A stretch of 64,000 nt of DNA from an uncultured Chloroflexia bacterium (lineage in GTDB: Bacteria; Chloroflexota; Anaerolineae; CG2-30-64-16). This document shows positions 62,107 through 64,000 of this stretch, one piece after another. The position numbers and the translations under genes were made by a program. Location: contig CAVZDU010000003.1 in the NCBI GenBank assembly GCA_963774265.1, positions 512,001 to 576,000 on the forward strand. The letters are read 5' to 3'. Positions within the stretch are counted from its first letter, which is position 1; every line of letters begins with the position of its first letter. Under the pieces are notes generated by a model that had not been told where the DNA came from, searched no databases, and worked only from the letters and a program-made list of their open reading frames with translations.

Positions 62107-63560
62107 ATGATCACAACCCATCAGACAAACATGGCCAGCGCGCACTATGCGCGCATGGGGCGGCAGGAGTGCGAGCAGATTCACCTCGCCTCACTGGAGA
62201 TCCTGGATAGGGTCGGCCTGGACGTCCACGACGATAAGGCCCTACAGGTCCTGGTCAAGGGCGGCGCGAAGGCCGACGGGCATCCGGGTGCGCATCCCCG
62301 AATTCATGGTCAGCCGCGCGCTGTCTGTGACACCCCATCGCATGAACCTCTACAACCGCAAGGGACAGGTTGCCATGCGTGCCGGGGGCTACAACACGTA
62401 CTACGGCGGCGGGTCCGACTGCCTGAACATTCTTGACCACCACACGGGCCAGCGGCGCAGGCCGACCCTCGAGGACGTGCTGCCAGGCAGCCACCCTGAT
62501 GGACGCGCTGCCCGAGATCGACTTCGTCATGTCGGCCTTCCTGCCCGAGGATGTGGACCAGCGCATCTACGACCGCTACCAGATGGAAGTCATGCTGAAC
62601 AACACGACCAAGCCGATCGTGTTCGTCACGCCCGACTTCGAGGGCTGTGTCGCGGCGGTGGAGATGTGCGAGGCGGTCGCGGGCGGCGCGGAGGCCTTCC
62701 AGCGCCGGCCGTTTGCCACCTGCTACATCAACGTCACCTCCGGCATGATCATGAACGCCGAGGCGCTGCAGAAGTGCATGTACCTGGCGGAGAAGGGGCT
62801 GCCCCTGCTGTGGATCCCGCTCAACGCGGGCGGCGTCAACTCGCCGGTCACCACGGCCGGCTGCATGGCCTCCATGAACGCCGGCATCCTGCTGGGCATC
62901 GTCCTGGCTCAGCTGGTCCGCGAAGGGACGCCGGTGGGCGTGCCCGGCTGGAACGGCGGCCCATACAACCTGCAGACCATGGTCGGCAACTACGTGCTGG
63001 CCGACGAGCAGGGCGTGCCCACCAGCATGGGCAAGTACTACGACCTGCCCGTGTTCGGCCTGGGCGGCTCCACCGACTCCAAGGCGCTGGATCAGCAGGC
63101 CGGCTTCGAGGCGACGATCAGCCTGATGACCGCGCTGCTGCACGGCGCGAACATCGTCCACGACGTGGCTTTCATGGATGCAGGCATGCAAGGCTCGCTC
63201 CAGCAGCTGGTGCTCTGCAACGACTACCTCGGCTTCATCCGTGCGATGACCGCGGGGTGTCGTGGTCAACGATGAGACGCTGGCCCTCGACGTGATCGAC
63301 CAGCTCGGCCCGACCGGCAGCTACCTGGAGCACGAGCACACCATCCGCCACTACCGCGAGCCGTTCTACTCCAAACTGGCTGACAAGAGCCCCTATGCCG
63401 TCTGGCAGAAGAAGGGCGCGACCACCATGGAAGCACCGCGCCGCGAAGCAGGTGGACACGATCCTGGCAAAGCACAAGCCCGAGCCGCTCCCCGCCGACG
63501 TCCAAGCGTGCCATCCGGGCGATCGTCGAGCGCGAGCAGGCATGGATCAATGAGCAGTAG
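62107..63560 (+). CDS. MttB-family (non-pyrrolysine) methyltransferase 3, several frameshifts
   Basis: IHLASLEIL, GGGSDC, SPVT.AG, GGSTDSKALDQQAG, GPTGSYL. Confidence 0.85.
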
Positions 63561-63571
63561 AGGAACTTTCA

Positions 63572-64000
63572 ATGCAACAGGATGACGTGTTTTTCATGCG
63601 CCAGCCGTGGGTGTTTGACTCCGGCCTCGGAAGCCGCGCCCCGGCCAGAGGATGAGATGGGTTTCGCCACGCAGGCACTTCACGCCGGTTTCCGCCCGCT
63701 GACCGGGATGGGTCGATTCAACACCTTCAGCCTGCCCATCGTGCCGTCGATGACCTATCCTTACGAGCAGTTCGACAAGATCCCGTACCCGGTCTATGGC
63801 CGCACCAAGACGCCGACGACCTCGGTGCTGGAGGAGCGGCTGGCGGTGCTCGAGGGCGGCGAAGCGTGCGTGACCGCGGGTTCCGGCTCGCAGGCGCTGT
63901 TCAACCTGCTCTTCACCATCGCGCGGCCCGGCGACAACATCGTCACCTCGCTGATGACCTTCGGCGAGGGATACAAGCAGGCGGCCACGATCTTCCCCGA
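63572..64000 (+). CDS. Cys/Met-metabolism PLP-dependent enzyme, partial
   Basis: Own translation: GFATQALHAG...PIVPSMTY...YGRTKTPT..VLEERLAVLEGGE....SGS.A...PGD; apparent frameshift near 5' end. Confidence 0.8.

Overview
GC-rich bacterial chromosomal segment. Gene content (Pro/Thr-linker lipoproteins, XRE-STAND-TPR regulator, MttB paralogs) suggests Chloroflexota (Anaerolineae/Caldilineae-like); this is inference. Frameshifts cluster in several genes (mfd, lon, STAND regulator, third mttB) and look like assembly or consensus errors. Layout: 1-13.4 kb is an accessory patch (hydrolases, GNATs, MBL, CPBP, cupin) with several decayed gene remnants, two tandem fossil IS left ends and an XRE-NTPase-TPR regulator facing a secreted beta-barrel protein. 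13.5-18.7 kb is the most unusual locus: one tightly packed operon REC-REC-nuoE-nuoF-REC-ACT-histidine kinase, i.e. an orphan NADH-binding NuoEF module with no catalytic partner inside a phosphorelay. 18.8-43.8 kb is mostly housekeeping/metabolic (SDR, RidA, mfd, pth, GH13, pepA, OsmC, ECF sigma, DegV, lon, folC) plus an intact IS1182-family element. 44.8-47.9 kb is a DtxR/MntR + two-domain multicopper oxidase + ZIP transporter operon. 47.9-64 kb holds a Dpp-type ABC importer / CBS-ACT / two non-pyrrolysine MttB / CitE operon interrupted by an atypical CTAG-targeting IS, then manA, a third MttB and a partial Cys/Met PLP enzyme. No rRNA, tRNA or CRISPR array was recognised. All family calls come from motif recognition, not database searches.
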